Shown one piece after another: positions 48,014-58,061 of a stretch of DNA of 64,000 nt; within the stretch, counting starts at the first letter, position 1; the number at the start of each line of letters is the position of its first letter. This DNA is from Macrostomum lignano. Lineage: Eukaryota. Made by a program: the position numbers and the translations under genes. The notes beneath the pieces were generated by a model that had not been told where the DNA came from, ran no database searches, and was given only the letters and a program-made list of their open reading frames with translations. The stretch is taken from assembly GCA_002269645.1 (NCBI GenBank), contig NIVC01001263.1, forward strand, positions 1-64,000, given 5' to 3'.

Positions 48014-48446
48014 ACTACGTATCGTGCAGTTAGAGCTGGGTTTTCAGATGTTTTGACGCAAAAACGCAAATTATACTACTATCTGAAAAATGAAGTAAGT
48101 AGTATACAAAAACGCTATCCTAAGCGTGATGTGGCAATATGTAGTCGTAATAATCCATGTGCTCATATATGTACATTAATTCCATGTTCAATAATCCCTA
48201 TCTATCTCAAAATGGATATGTACATTAATTCCATGTACATTAATCCCTAAATATCTCAAATTGGATATGTACATTAATTCCATGTACATTAATCCATATC
48301 CCAAATTGTCTATCCCCAATTCTATAGTACACTTACATTAATCTACAGTGTCATCCCCAGCGCGCGCGCACCAAAATTACATGTACAATGCTACATGTAC
48401 ACAGAGGTGAGAATTACTAATCTCATCTACTACCAAATGAGTCAAC
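48014..48446 (+). repeat. Left terminal inverted repeat (~430 bp)
   Basis: Near-identical to the reverse complement of 58062-58456 except a ~20-nt indel near 48094-48117 and divergence at the inner end. Confidence 0.95.
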
Positions 48447-48829
48447 TAACAGTGTAGCGCACATCATGTATAAGTATTTACAATGAAGATATATTTACAT
48501 TTAATCAGTAGCATATTACAGGAATCGAGACATGTACAGCATCACCAGCAAATAGAATATACAGAAAATTTTACATTGTTTTTCAATAATTTTCTCTTCA
48601 TAAATGATTTTAAACAGGTTTGACATGCAAAATATGTACAATAGATTTTTACATTGGCAATTTCGCCACACGCAATGCAAAAAATGTTTTATGTACATGA
48701 ATTATATATACAGCAAATAGATTCTGATAAATACAGCAGTATTACAATGCAAATTATGTACAATAAATAGATTTTACTAATTTAATATTGCAAAATGTAC
48801 ATTGAATTGTCAGTTATAATTGGATTACA

Positions 48830-51800
48830 TTATTTAAAGCCATAAGGCCTGCTGCAGGCCCCGTACACGCGCTTCGTCAGGACGCGCTGAAACGTCTTGT
48901 CCATACTAACAGTGTGTATGGTACAAGACGCCTTGTCGCGCCTAAACTGAAGCTGCGGCAGCTGCAGGGAGCCGCCGTGTAGTAGGGCACTGCGCAATTC
49001 ATCGCTGCGTTCCCGAATCTCCGGAGTCAGGCGGATGCCCTTGCATTTCAGGACCTGACTCCGGACACCGGCCGCATCCTCGACAATGTAAGTGTAGAGC
49101 TTGGGCCCTCCACTTACAAAGTCGGTCATCCGGCTGCCTGCGGACACCTCGTCGGTCCACATTCCGAGGCTCGTGCCATGGGGCGGCTCCCATTGGCCCT
49201 CGGAATGCCGGTAAACGACCCTGGGTGTGGGGGGAGAGAGATAATTACTTCCACATGCCAACTATTCAATTCTAAAAGAATTTTTCCAATGCAATACTTA
49301 CGAGTCAGTGTCGCAGTAAATGGCCCGTTCGCCGAGCCCCTCCAAGGCCTCGTACAGGCGCAGCCGGGCCTGCGTGGTTGTAAAGACTCCAATTGGCACA
49401 TTAGAGTACCGGAACGGCCGCTGATTAAAGTAGCGGTGCCGGTACTCTAGCAGTATAAACTCGCTGCCAATCGGCTCGCAGGCCTTGACTTTGAGGTTGG
49501 GGTCGGTCAGCCGGGCGAGCCAGTCCTCGTAGCTGGATACAATTTCGGTCGATGTCAGGTCGTCACGCTGACAAAATTTGCCCCAGAGCCTGTGTGTTGT
49601 GAAAAGAAGTGCTACTATTAGTAGAAGAAGAAAATCGTTTTAAAAACAGAATTTATAATTACTTACGAATTCAAAAAGATTTTCGCTACCAAGCGAAGTC
49701 CTGGGTTGGGCTCGACCTTGTCCAGCGTGACGCCCTCCTTTGCAAAGAAATCGGCAATGTAGGCGGCCTTGTCTTCATCCGACATGCCGGGGGAGCCGCT
49801 CGACTCAGCCTTCAGCTTGAGGAAGGTGCTAACATAGTCACTGAACAGGCCGGTCCGCTTCTCTGTCCAGTAGGCTAGCGCGTGCACCACCTGCAGCCGG
49901 TAGCCCAACTGGAAGGCCTTCCGCAGCTCCGGCGTTGCCCAGGTACCAGTCAGTGCCCGCTGCTCGTCTGAGTGGTCACAATCGTCGCCACACTGCTGCT
50001 CCATACAGGTGCGGCAAAGCCCAAAAAAGAGCTTCTTTTGCACTCTGTACGGCAGCAGCGGAATGTGCAAATTTGACGGCGGCAACACAGTCACTTTGGC
50101 AATACCAAAGTAACTAGCCAGCGCGTCAGAATCTAGCACTTGCGGCGTCGGATGCTGCACCGGGTGGCCAATCGGGTACGGGTCCTTTGACTGCACCGTC
50201 GGGTACAGAGAGACCTGCCAGTTGAAATAAAACATTATTTTCATAAACTGTATTTTTGCAAAATATTCTACTATATTAGTAGTATCACTACTCACCACAT
50301 CCCGATATTTGAGAGTCTCAGTCTCGCTGGCCACAGCATGCGGGATAAAACACTCTACGCGGCCGCCGTAGAGCGCATCCTCCATCTTGAGCGGAGCGCG
50401 CAGATGTGCAGTTGCGGCAATGAAATCGGCCTGCGACGCCAATACAGTGTCGTATTCGTGCTCCCAAATGACTCGAACACTGTAATTGTGCCGCTCCAAC
50501 TCGCGAGTGAACCACTCGGTCTCGTGGCGGATATGGCTCAGAGGCTGCCGTTTGAGCGGGTGGACAGCATCCTGATCAGGCATGCACTGCTCGCAGCCAT
50601 GGTAGAAACATCCATGAAACTGCAAGACAGTGTTGCTCGCCTCATCAAAACCATCCACCTTGCGGCCGAGAATGACAGCCTCGCCGCCAGTAGAGTCGCA
50701 CGTGCGCAGCCGCCCGCCAAATTCGGTGGCATTCAAATAAGTCAGCCACTTGCGCGCCTTGAACGATTGCTGGTCAGCCTGCCGGGCAATCACGCCGACC
50801 GAGTTGGGCTCCATAAACCGGGTGGTGAAAACGGCCATTGCCAAACTGGCAATCGTATTGGCCTGAACAAATGGTTCCAGGCCGTCGCAAATTTCACCAA
50901 TTATTGCCCTGTACTTGATGCAGCCCTCGCGAAGCAGGACTGTGTCGCTCAAACAATAATCGAGATATTCCCGATTAAAGTTGAACAACTCGCCCTGTCG
51001 CGAGGCTAGCCAAGCACAGATTGAGTCATAGTCCTTGTTTGCTTTGCCGCCATAATACTCAATGGCCGGGTAGGAGCCCACGTAGTTCCAATTAGCCGGC
51101 TTGTTGAACTCGTGGGGAAACGTCCCCTTGGCCAGCTTTGTGTCAGCGAGCCCCAGCGCTTTTGGGAATTGCGCAAGCGGGATTGGTATAAAATTTAACG
51201 AATCTTTAAATACCAATTTATCCACCGTCATGCACATTAGCCGGCTGCCCTGGAACAGCACTTGGGGCCGCTTCTTGGCCAGGCCGTTGAGCAGAGCGCC
51301 AAGCAATAAAAACGAATCGTAGCCTGATGCGTTGTGCGCTACAACAATGGCGCCGCCTCGGAATGTGGTGCTCAGCCAGGTGAAAAACGCATTCAGCGAG
51401 GCAGGGCCCACAGCCACAAAATCGGCCATTTGGCAGGCGCAGTCTGAGTGGCTGACGCAATTGGAGAATTCCTTCCCCAGATCGCGGCCAGTCAGACAAT
51501 TGGCGGCGCTATGCAGGCCATTGCAGAGGCGGCAAGTCTCGCGCGGAAATGCCCGGCCGGAGCAGGTCTCGCAGCACGTGACGGCAGTCACCAGATGCAC
51601 GTGATGCTGCTTCTCATCATCCGTGTACGTTTCCGTATCGTAGAACACGTACGGCATAGTTGAAGCTTTCACTTTGGGAGCCTTGACGAAGCACAAATGC
51701 GAGCCGGCCTCGTCGTACTGTTTACACAGCGGGCACTTGACGTGGCCGCATTTGTGCTCCGGCTCCCTTTGGCCGACCTTTAGCTCCTCGCAATACCCGC

Positions 51801-53039
51801 AATTGGGGCAGACACGGGTTGAGCTGCAGCGTGACCGCCCCGCCCGGTTCTTTTGGCGGTGGTTGTCGAAGCACTGCTGATTGTAGCACTTGAGGCCACA
51901 ATCAGCGCAGCGTTTGTAGTCACGCTGCAGGCTTTTGCAGTCGGTGCCGGGCACTTTGCACTGAGGGCAGGTGTTGGCACACTTGTGTTCTCCAGACACG
52001 CAGTCGTACGGCTGCTGGCAGCGGTCGCAGTAGCGGCGGGCACCGAAAAATGACGGCACCTTGCACACCGCGTTAAAGTGCTCGCCAATTAGGTGCAAAT
52101 TCAGCACTTCGCGGCCGGGCAGGGCGTACACACACGTATTGCCCTCCTCTGCGCTGTATACCCGGACGCCGAAATCTCGGCCGGGCGACTGGGCGTTCAG
52201 GACCGCGAGCAGTTGGGGGAGCACGTCAACCCCGAAAGGCCCGGCCTGTGCAATGGTTGATAAAGACTAAAACATTTGTATATTAATAAAAATGCAAATT
52301 AAAATGTGCAAGAATATTTTTACTCACCGAATACAATTTGGCGGCAATCTGAAGCTCCCCAGTCAGCTTCTTCTGCATTGGGGAGTCGGCCTTGATCGTT
52401 TGCCACGTGTTCTTAGTGATGACCTTAGCCTCCAGATCTGCGAAAGCCTTGGCCACCACCAGCGCCCTGATGAGGCAACGTTTGTCGCTGTTGGCGATGA
52501 CGACGTAGTTGCGGCCTGTCGAATGCCTGGACTGGATGTGGCGCTCCGCCGCATCTAGGCTGCCGCAGCCGCCCCGCGGGACCCAGGCCTTGTCAAAAAC
52601 AATTTAAAGTTGTTGCCCAAGACGCTGGAGTCCGACTGCAGCACCTTGTTTATATGCTTGAAAACAAGCTCTGCAGTGAAGCGGCTGCGGCGGACGGGTG
52701 GGACATTGATGGTCAACATCATATTGTCCGCCGTCAGCTTAGCTGCGACGAAATCATCTGCGTGCAAGTCACTGCAGAGTGCCGAAATTATATCCGCAAA
52801 CGTGGCGCGAATATCGGTAGTACTCGTATTTGTGAAGGCTACTTCATACTCACACCCTTTTGCCTTAAATTTTGGCAGGGCCTTTGCCCCGCCAAGACGC
52901 GCAATAAAGCCTAAAAAAAATTTGGGGTTTGAAATTAGAATTGCGAGAGGCGGCGGCAGGTGTATGACTCATAAAATCAACTCCTTACCATCGCCTTCGA
53001 CAGTGTCGGGCTGGGGCGGGGGTTGAAATTGAGCCAAAT
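48830..53039 (-). CDS. polB: Protein-primed family B DNA polymerase (Polinton-type), >=1270 aa, intron-containing; 5' exon unresolved; one frameshift
   Basis: Exons (minus strand): 53039-52989, 52910-52328 (needs +1 nt in the A5 run at 52594-52598), 52245-50296, 50214-49667, 49589-49302, 49220-48830. The phases fit only when spliced. Exo I FYDTET, Exo II HNASGYD, Exo III YCLSD, motif A DV|VSLYP, motif B KIFLNS|LWGKF, motif C YCDTDS|, then GPKLY, KCKG, KR..PYG. Confidence 0.95.
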
Positions 53040-53975
53040 CTGCAATAAAAATGTGCATGGTGACTAAAATTCTGACCGCTTGGAATTTTACAACTGTCAA
53101 AAATTTTTGATTGATTGCCTGCAGCAGCAGCAATTTTATCGCCCCACCCCAAGCAACAAAAATCGGCGAGTTGTAAAAACCCCAACTCGGCACGTTCCGA
53201 CACGTAGCAACAAAAGAAATGTGGGGTTGATTGACCCCCGCTTCGAATTTTAGGCTGTCAAAAATGTTTGATTGATGACCCTGATAACACAGATCCTGCC
53301 GCAGCAGCCATTGTAAAACCCCTATCAGCACGTGCCTCCATTGTGCCTCCTTGACACCTAGCAACAATACTGCGCGGCCGCTTTTGGATTTTAAAGCTGT
53401 CTGATTAATAACCCTCACCGTAGCAGCCATTGCTGCCAAAACCCCATACAATTGCAGCGGTGATTACATCATCATGCCCAAAAATCGGGGGGTTGATTTA
53501 ATCACTGCGCCGCTAGAATACCTGCCGCCGTGGTGATTACATCATCATGCTGAGCCCAAAAATCGGGGGGGTTGATTTTATCACTGCCGCTTGCCCGCCC
53601 CCCGCTGAGTCACGCGCGCGCCGCAGGATTGCTGTTTTTGCTTCTCTAGTCACATAACCCCTGAAATTTTATGACTATCCTCTACAGGCATTATCTGGCT
53701 ATACTGCTTCTGCGACTATTCTCTAAAACTCTGTTATTTCAACAGGCCTGAATTTGAGAAATCCAACTTCAACATCTATGTCAAGAGGAAATTCAGAAAT
53801 TTTAACCCAAAATGAATGTTAAAGATGAAAAGCTGTGGCTTCAAAGAAAGCCCATATTTCAACAAGCGTGTAGTTTGCAAATCCCACAAATGCTAAAGCA
53901 ATTATACAGCCCTATTTTTCTGAATTTAGATTTTGCAACTGCTAAAAGCATAGTTTTACGCGCGCAGAGACTCAC

Positions 53976-54239
53976 CTAGCGGGCGTCCTCTCTTTGCGGC
54001 CGGAGGCTGATGCTGATGCTGGTGTGATTGTGGCTGCTGCTGCTGCTGTGGTGTGTGTGTGTCTTCGGCTGGGCGGGTTCCCTCATTGCACCCACTCAGG
54101 GTGCGTGCACTTCAGGAACCCTAGCACCTAGCTGCTGTGGTTGCTGCTGCTGCTGTGGTTGCTGCTGCTGCCTGGATGGGCCGGCCTGCCCCCACAATGC
54201 CGATATGGCCGCTTCCGCAGCAGAGCGCTTCGATGCCAT
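53976..54239 (-). CDS. Candidate first exon of polB (MASKRSAA...polyQ...PPAAKRGRPL), needing a further -1 correction near 54113
   Basis: ATG 54239 lies ~90 nt downstream of a minus-strand TATA; strong donor CTAG|GTGAGT at 53975 is phase 1, matching the exon starting at 53039; NLS-like AKRGRP. The two halves are in different frames. Confidence 0.4.
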
Positions 54240-54326
54240 TTCGATGGGATGGTAGATGGTTGTTGATGCTGCTGATGCTGGTGCGATTGTGGCTGCTGCG
54301 GAAGCGGCGGTGATGCTCCTACAATC

Positions 54327-54606
54327 TCCTTTATATACCCCTGCAGGAAGGGGATGCTGCAAAAGCAGAGAGCGCGTGTGCATTATTTCTCTTTCCCCTG
54401 AACTGCATTTGCAAATTAGTGTACACTCAGACCCCAACTTGGTATAGAAAAGATGGGGTCTGAAAATACCCCATCATTTGCGTTCTCATACGGATTGTAA
54501 TTGGATGTGAGTGCATCTAACCAACCGGTAGTGCTGTAGGAACGAAAAATGCAGCCCGCAGCCTCACCTCCTCAGAGTACAGTTGCTTTCGCGGGTATAT
54601 AAAGGA
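54327..54606. promoter_or_regulatory. Divergent promoter with two identical 14-bp GGGTATATAAAGGA TATA motifs facing outward
   Basis: Minus-strand copy 54327-54340, plus-strand copy 54593-54606, each ~90 nt upstream of an ATG (54239 minus, 54694 plus). Confidence 0.75.
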
Positions 54607-54693
54607 CCATGCTGCTGAGAGATTTTTCAGAATTCTCGCTCGCTCGCTCCGACACTCTTTGCAACAGCTCTATCTCCGTGAAACTCTGTCAAA

Positions 54694-55500
54694 ATGTCTA
54701 TTCCACTTGTTGACAACTATGTGGTGCGCAAGCCCACATTCGATACTGATCGAGAACTGATTGAGATTCGGCGTTTCTACACTGACAAGAACGGCAACTA
54801 CAAGCACGGTTTCCCCGGTGTGTTTCTGACTCGCATCGAGTGGCAGCATCTCAAACGGGCGTGGCCGATTATTGAGTCTCTGCACGTCCTCGACTCTCGT
54901 CATAAGCGGTTTCAACTGGGTGAGAGCGGCCGCAAGATTCTGGAAGTGAAAAACAGCCAGATTTGGCTGCATCGCATCAACCCGGCCGGCTGCGATGAGG
55001 GCGAGCGTTGGAAATATTCCATCAAGTTCACCCCTGAATTGTGGACTGCTCTGATGGATGCTGACGTTGATTCGCTGTTTGCCTCGCAGTCGCCGCCGCC
55101 GCCCAAGACGGCTTCGGAGCCATCATCGCGGTTCAACAGCTGCAGCAGCAGCAATGATGGTGACGGCAATGGCAGCCGCCGCCGCAGTGCTGGCACCCCG
55201 CCACCGATTGAAATGCAGCCGCAGGTGAAGAAGCTTTCTACGACTGACGGCGGCAGCGGCAGCGGCAGCGGCTACAAGTGGTGGCACTCGTATCCCCCGG
55301 ACTCGACTGAGCTCGAGAGCTGGGCTGCTGGCCTTACTGATGAACAGCTTTTCAAGACCCCGGCCCATCAGATTGGGCCCCACGAGCCGGCCTTTGCTGC
55401 CTGGGCCGCTGTGATCAAGGAGCAGAACAAGCGAATTAAGCTAATCTACAGCAGCGACAAGGCCAAACTGCAGCAGCTGCCTACAATGCGTGTCGAGTGA
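54694..55500 (+). CDS. PC4/p15-like ssDNA-binding protein with probably two PC4 repeats and a low-complexity tail, 268 aa
   Basis: LIEIRRFYTDKNGNYKHGFPGVFLTRIEWQHLK resembles the PC4 core IDIREYW....GE.KPG.KGISL..EQW..LK; second degenerate unit FQLG...SIKFTPELWTAL. Confidence 0.75.
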   Translation: MSIPLVDNYVVRKPTFDTDRELIEIRRFYTDKNGNYKHGFPGVFLTRIEWQHLKRAWPIIESLHVLDSRHKRFQLGESGRKILEVKNSQIWLHRINPAGCDEGERWKYSIKFTPELWTALMDADVDSLFASQSPPPPKTASEPSSRFNSCSSSNDGDGNGSRRRSAGTPPPIEMQPQVKKLSTTDGGSGSGSGYKWWHSYPPDSTELESWAAGLTDEQLFKTPAHQIGPHEPAFAAWAAVIKEQNKRIKLIYSSDKAKLQQLPTMRVE

Positions 55501-55644
55501 AAATGATTAAGACAATTGCTAAAAAGACTCTTTTTGTGTGGGCTGTATGCTTTTTGTGTGTGAATATTCATATTCGTAATGTGTGGGTTGTATAATCATT
55601 GCTTTTGTGGGAATATATGGTTTGTATAATAATAACTCTACTGT

Positions 55645-55895
55645 AGAACCTTGTTTATGTGCTTGAAAACAAGCTCTGCAGTGAAGCGGCTGCGGCGCGG
55701 ACGGGCGGCACGTTAATAGTGAGCAACATGTTGTTGGCCGTTAGTTTGGCTGAGATGAAATCGTTAGCGTGCAGGTCAGCGCAGAGGGTTGTTATTATTT
55801 TCGCAAATGTGTCTCGACATCGACAATATCCGCTGTGAAGGCAACTTCATATTCGTAGCCTTTTGCTTTAAATTTTGGCAGGGCCTTTGATGCTG
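55645..55895 (-). pseudogene. Frameshifted paralogous fragment of the polB N-terminal exon
   Basis: Aligns to ~52640-52885 in the same orientation: KALPKFKAKGYEYEVAFT...LCADLHANDFISAKLTANNMLLTINVPPVR..SRFTAELVFKHINKVLQ*. Confidence 0.85.
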
Positions 55896-56278
55896 ATTAA
55901 CTCTCAATTGTATAATTTTTACTTGTGGGAATTTGTGTTTCTGCGATTATATCAACTCTAATAATGTGAAAAGCATCTTTTGAATAAACTGGCACTGACA
56001 ATAACATCTCTGGAATAAAAATGGTCTTATTTCATTTGTTTTGAAATTGAAAATAACCGAGACTTTGAAAATTTTATTATTAAAACAGACATAGCTAGCT
56101 GTTGAGTCAGACCAACTCGCTGGCGGGGCTGGGCTGGTGTTTGGGCAGAGTTGCTTGCTTGCAGGCTGGCGGAGCCAATGGGAGGCCTCACAAAATCACT
56201 ATAAAAACGAGACCCCTGCGAGACTGAAAATTTGTGATCAAACTCATCTACTCACCTACTCGCCTAAACTTGATTACC

Positions 56279-57043
56279 ATGAACAGCGACCGCATCAACA
56301 GCAGCAGCAGTAGCATCAGTGTTGAAGACGAGCCGCCGCAGTTAGTTGCGGTGGCGGTAGCCCTGCGTTGCGGCAAAACCCCTTCAATCCTATGGTGCGG
56401 GGTTGGGGGTGGCCGAGTAGGTCGTAACCTGTCACATCGTTATATCACCCGACCGGTTTTAAGCCTGTCAAACAAATCTGGCAGCAACGACAGCGACAGC
56501 AGCAGCAGCAACGACCGTCAGGCCACGAGACATCAACCCTCTGGCTCTGAAATCAGCAGCAGCAGCAATCACAGCAGCAGCAGTAGTAGCAGCAGTCACA
56601 TCAACAGCAGCCGCAGCGACAGCAGCAGTATGAAGCCGAAGAAGAAGAAGAGCAGCCGCTTAGGTATTAATTTGGCCCCTCGGATGGGGCTGCATAGTGC
56701 GGTTGCTGCTAGTGAAAAGGCTGCCACTGCTGACGAGGCCGCATACCAAGAATTTTTGCGGCAATGGCGCCGCGAGCCCGACTTGGACATGGTAAATAAT
56801 TGCATTTTATCCGAAAACTTTTCATTTTGCAACTAATTGCTGATTCAAAATTTCAATGCATTATAGCGGGAAACTTTTCCCACCCATTCCCTTTTCTAGC
56901 TAGCAGACTATTGTTTTGGCACCCCCTCTGAAGAGAGAGCGTATTACACGGCGGTGAAGGAGCGGCAGGTGTATGAGGCTGATTTACATTATGAAACAGC
57001 CGCAGAATTGGACAGCCTGTTCCCCGGCTCGGGGCTGTGTTGA
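56279..57043 (+). CDS. Orphan two-exon gene in the element, Ser-rich with a KPKKKK NLS-like motif, ~218 aa
   Basis: Exons 56279-56791 and 56900-57043 (ATG|GTAAAT...TTTTCTAG|, 108-nt intron, phase 0, second exon open for 47 codons); TATAAAA at ~56200. Confidence 0.55.
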
Positions 57044-57374
57044 CATTTTAATGTTGTGTCTGCACGCATTTTTATTTTCATGCACCTTGTACATATCTTG
57101 TTTTTATCAAGTGTTGTGTCTGCACTCAATCTAAATTTTCATGCACCCATAGTATATATCTCAACTTGCTATAAATGTTGTGTATGCACACTTACGTTAT
57201 CCACATGCACATTCTTTTCAAATAAATTGTTTTGCAAAATTTAAATATTGCGTTGAGATTTTTACCATTTTTTCGAGTAATGATATTTAGAATGAAAAAC
57301 TATAAACCATTCCGTGTGAAAACACTGTGACTGATTATAACCGCAAACTCACCAATTCCAGCTACGTCATCATC

Positions 57375-57836
57375 ATGGCTGCTTTAAAGGTGTCGCTGCT
57401 GACTGAAGGTGCTCGCCCGCCGGCTCGCCAGACAATCGGTTCTGTTGGCTACGATCTCTTTGCCTCTGAGGATGCTGTTGTCTGGGCCGGGTCGGTTGCG
57501 CAGGTGCCTCTCGGAATTTCAATCCAACCGCCTGATGGGACCTACGCTCGGATTGCCGGCCGGTCTGGGCTGGCGTTGCGCAAGTCTATACAAGTGGGCG
57601 CCGGCGTGATCGACCCTGACTATACTGGAGAATTGACTGTGGTGATATTTAATCATGGCAGTGCGGACTGGTTCATAACTCGGGGCTACCGTATCCCTCA
57701 AATAGTTTTGGAGCGTGTAATGATTGCTCCCGTAGTTGTAAGGGATCTCTATAGAGGGAATGGCGATGAGGAGGTTGCTTCCAGCAGCCGCTCAATTCGC
57801 GGTGCAGGAGGGTTTGGTAGTACAGGCTATAATTAA
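57375..57836 (+). CDS. dut: Trimeric dUTP pyrophosphatase, 153 aa
   Basis: All five motifs present: VGYDL, GRSGLA, GVIDPDYTGE, RIPQ, RGAGGFGSTG. Confidence 0.96.
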   Translation: MAALKVSLLTEGARPPARQTIGSVGYDLFASEDAVVWAGSVAQVPLGISIQPPDGTYARIAGRSGLALRKSIQVGAGVIDPDYTGELTVVIFNHGSADWFITRGYRIPQIVLERVMIAPVVVRDLYRGNGDEEVASSSRSIRGAGGFGSTGYN

Positions 57837-58061
57837 GTCTCAACTTGCTGTTGTCTCCTTACTGTTTTTGCTCTCTTTTTCAATTATTGAAATGAAAATA
57901 TACGCTTTTCCAATGTGAAAACTATATGAATACAGTCTTTTTCAATAGAATCTTGATTTGTTACTCTACTAAAGGTAGTAGTGTAATCAGCTACATGTAG
58001 GTTTTGAATAATTGACATATAAATAGGAATATGTATATAACGTGGTTTTTAAAACTTGAAT

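Noticed and set aside
50338-51009. 223-aa plus-strand ORF and other ORFs overlapping polB
   Set aside because: Antisense shadows of a GC3-rich coding strand; no motifs. The same applies to shadows over HACD3, SLC25A44, SIRT5 and the 39.5-kb gene.
49221-52988. polB introns as Introner-like mobile copies
   Set aside because: Similar lengths but no shared internal sequence or terminal repeats among the five introns.
57375-57836. Bacterial contamination or a prophage as the source of dut/polB
   Set aside because: polB has spliceosomal introns and TATA promoters, and the element is embedded in a host MITE.
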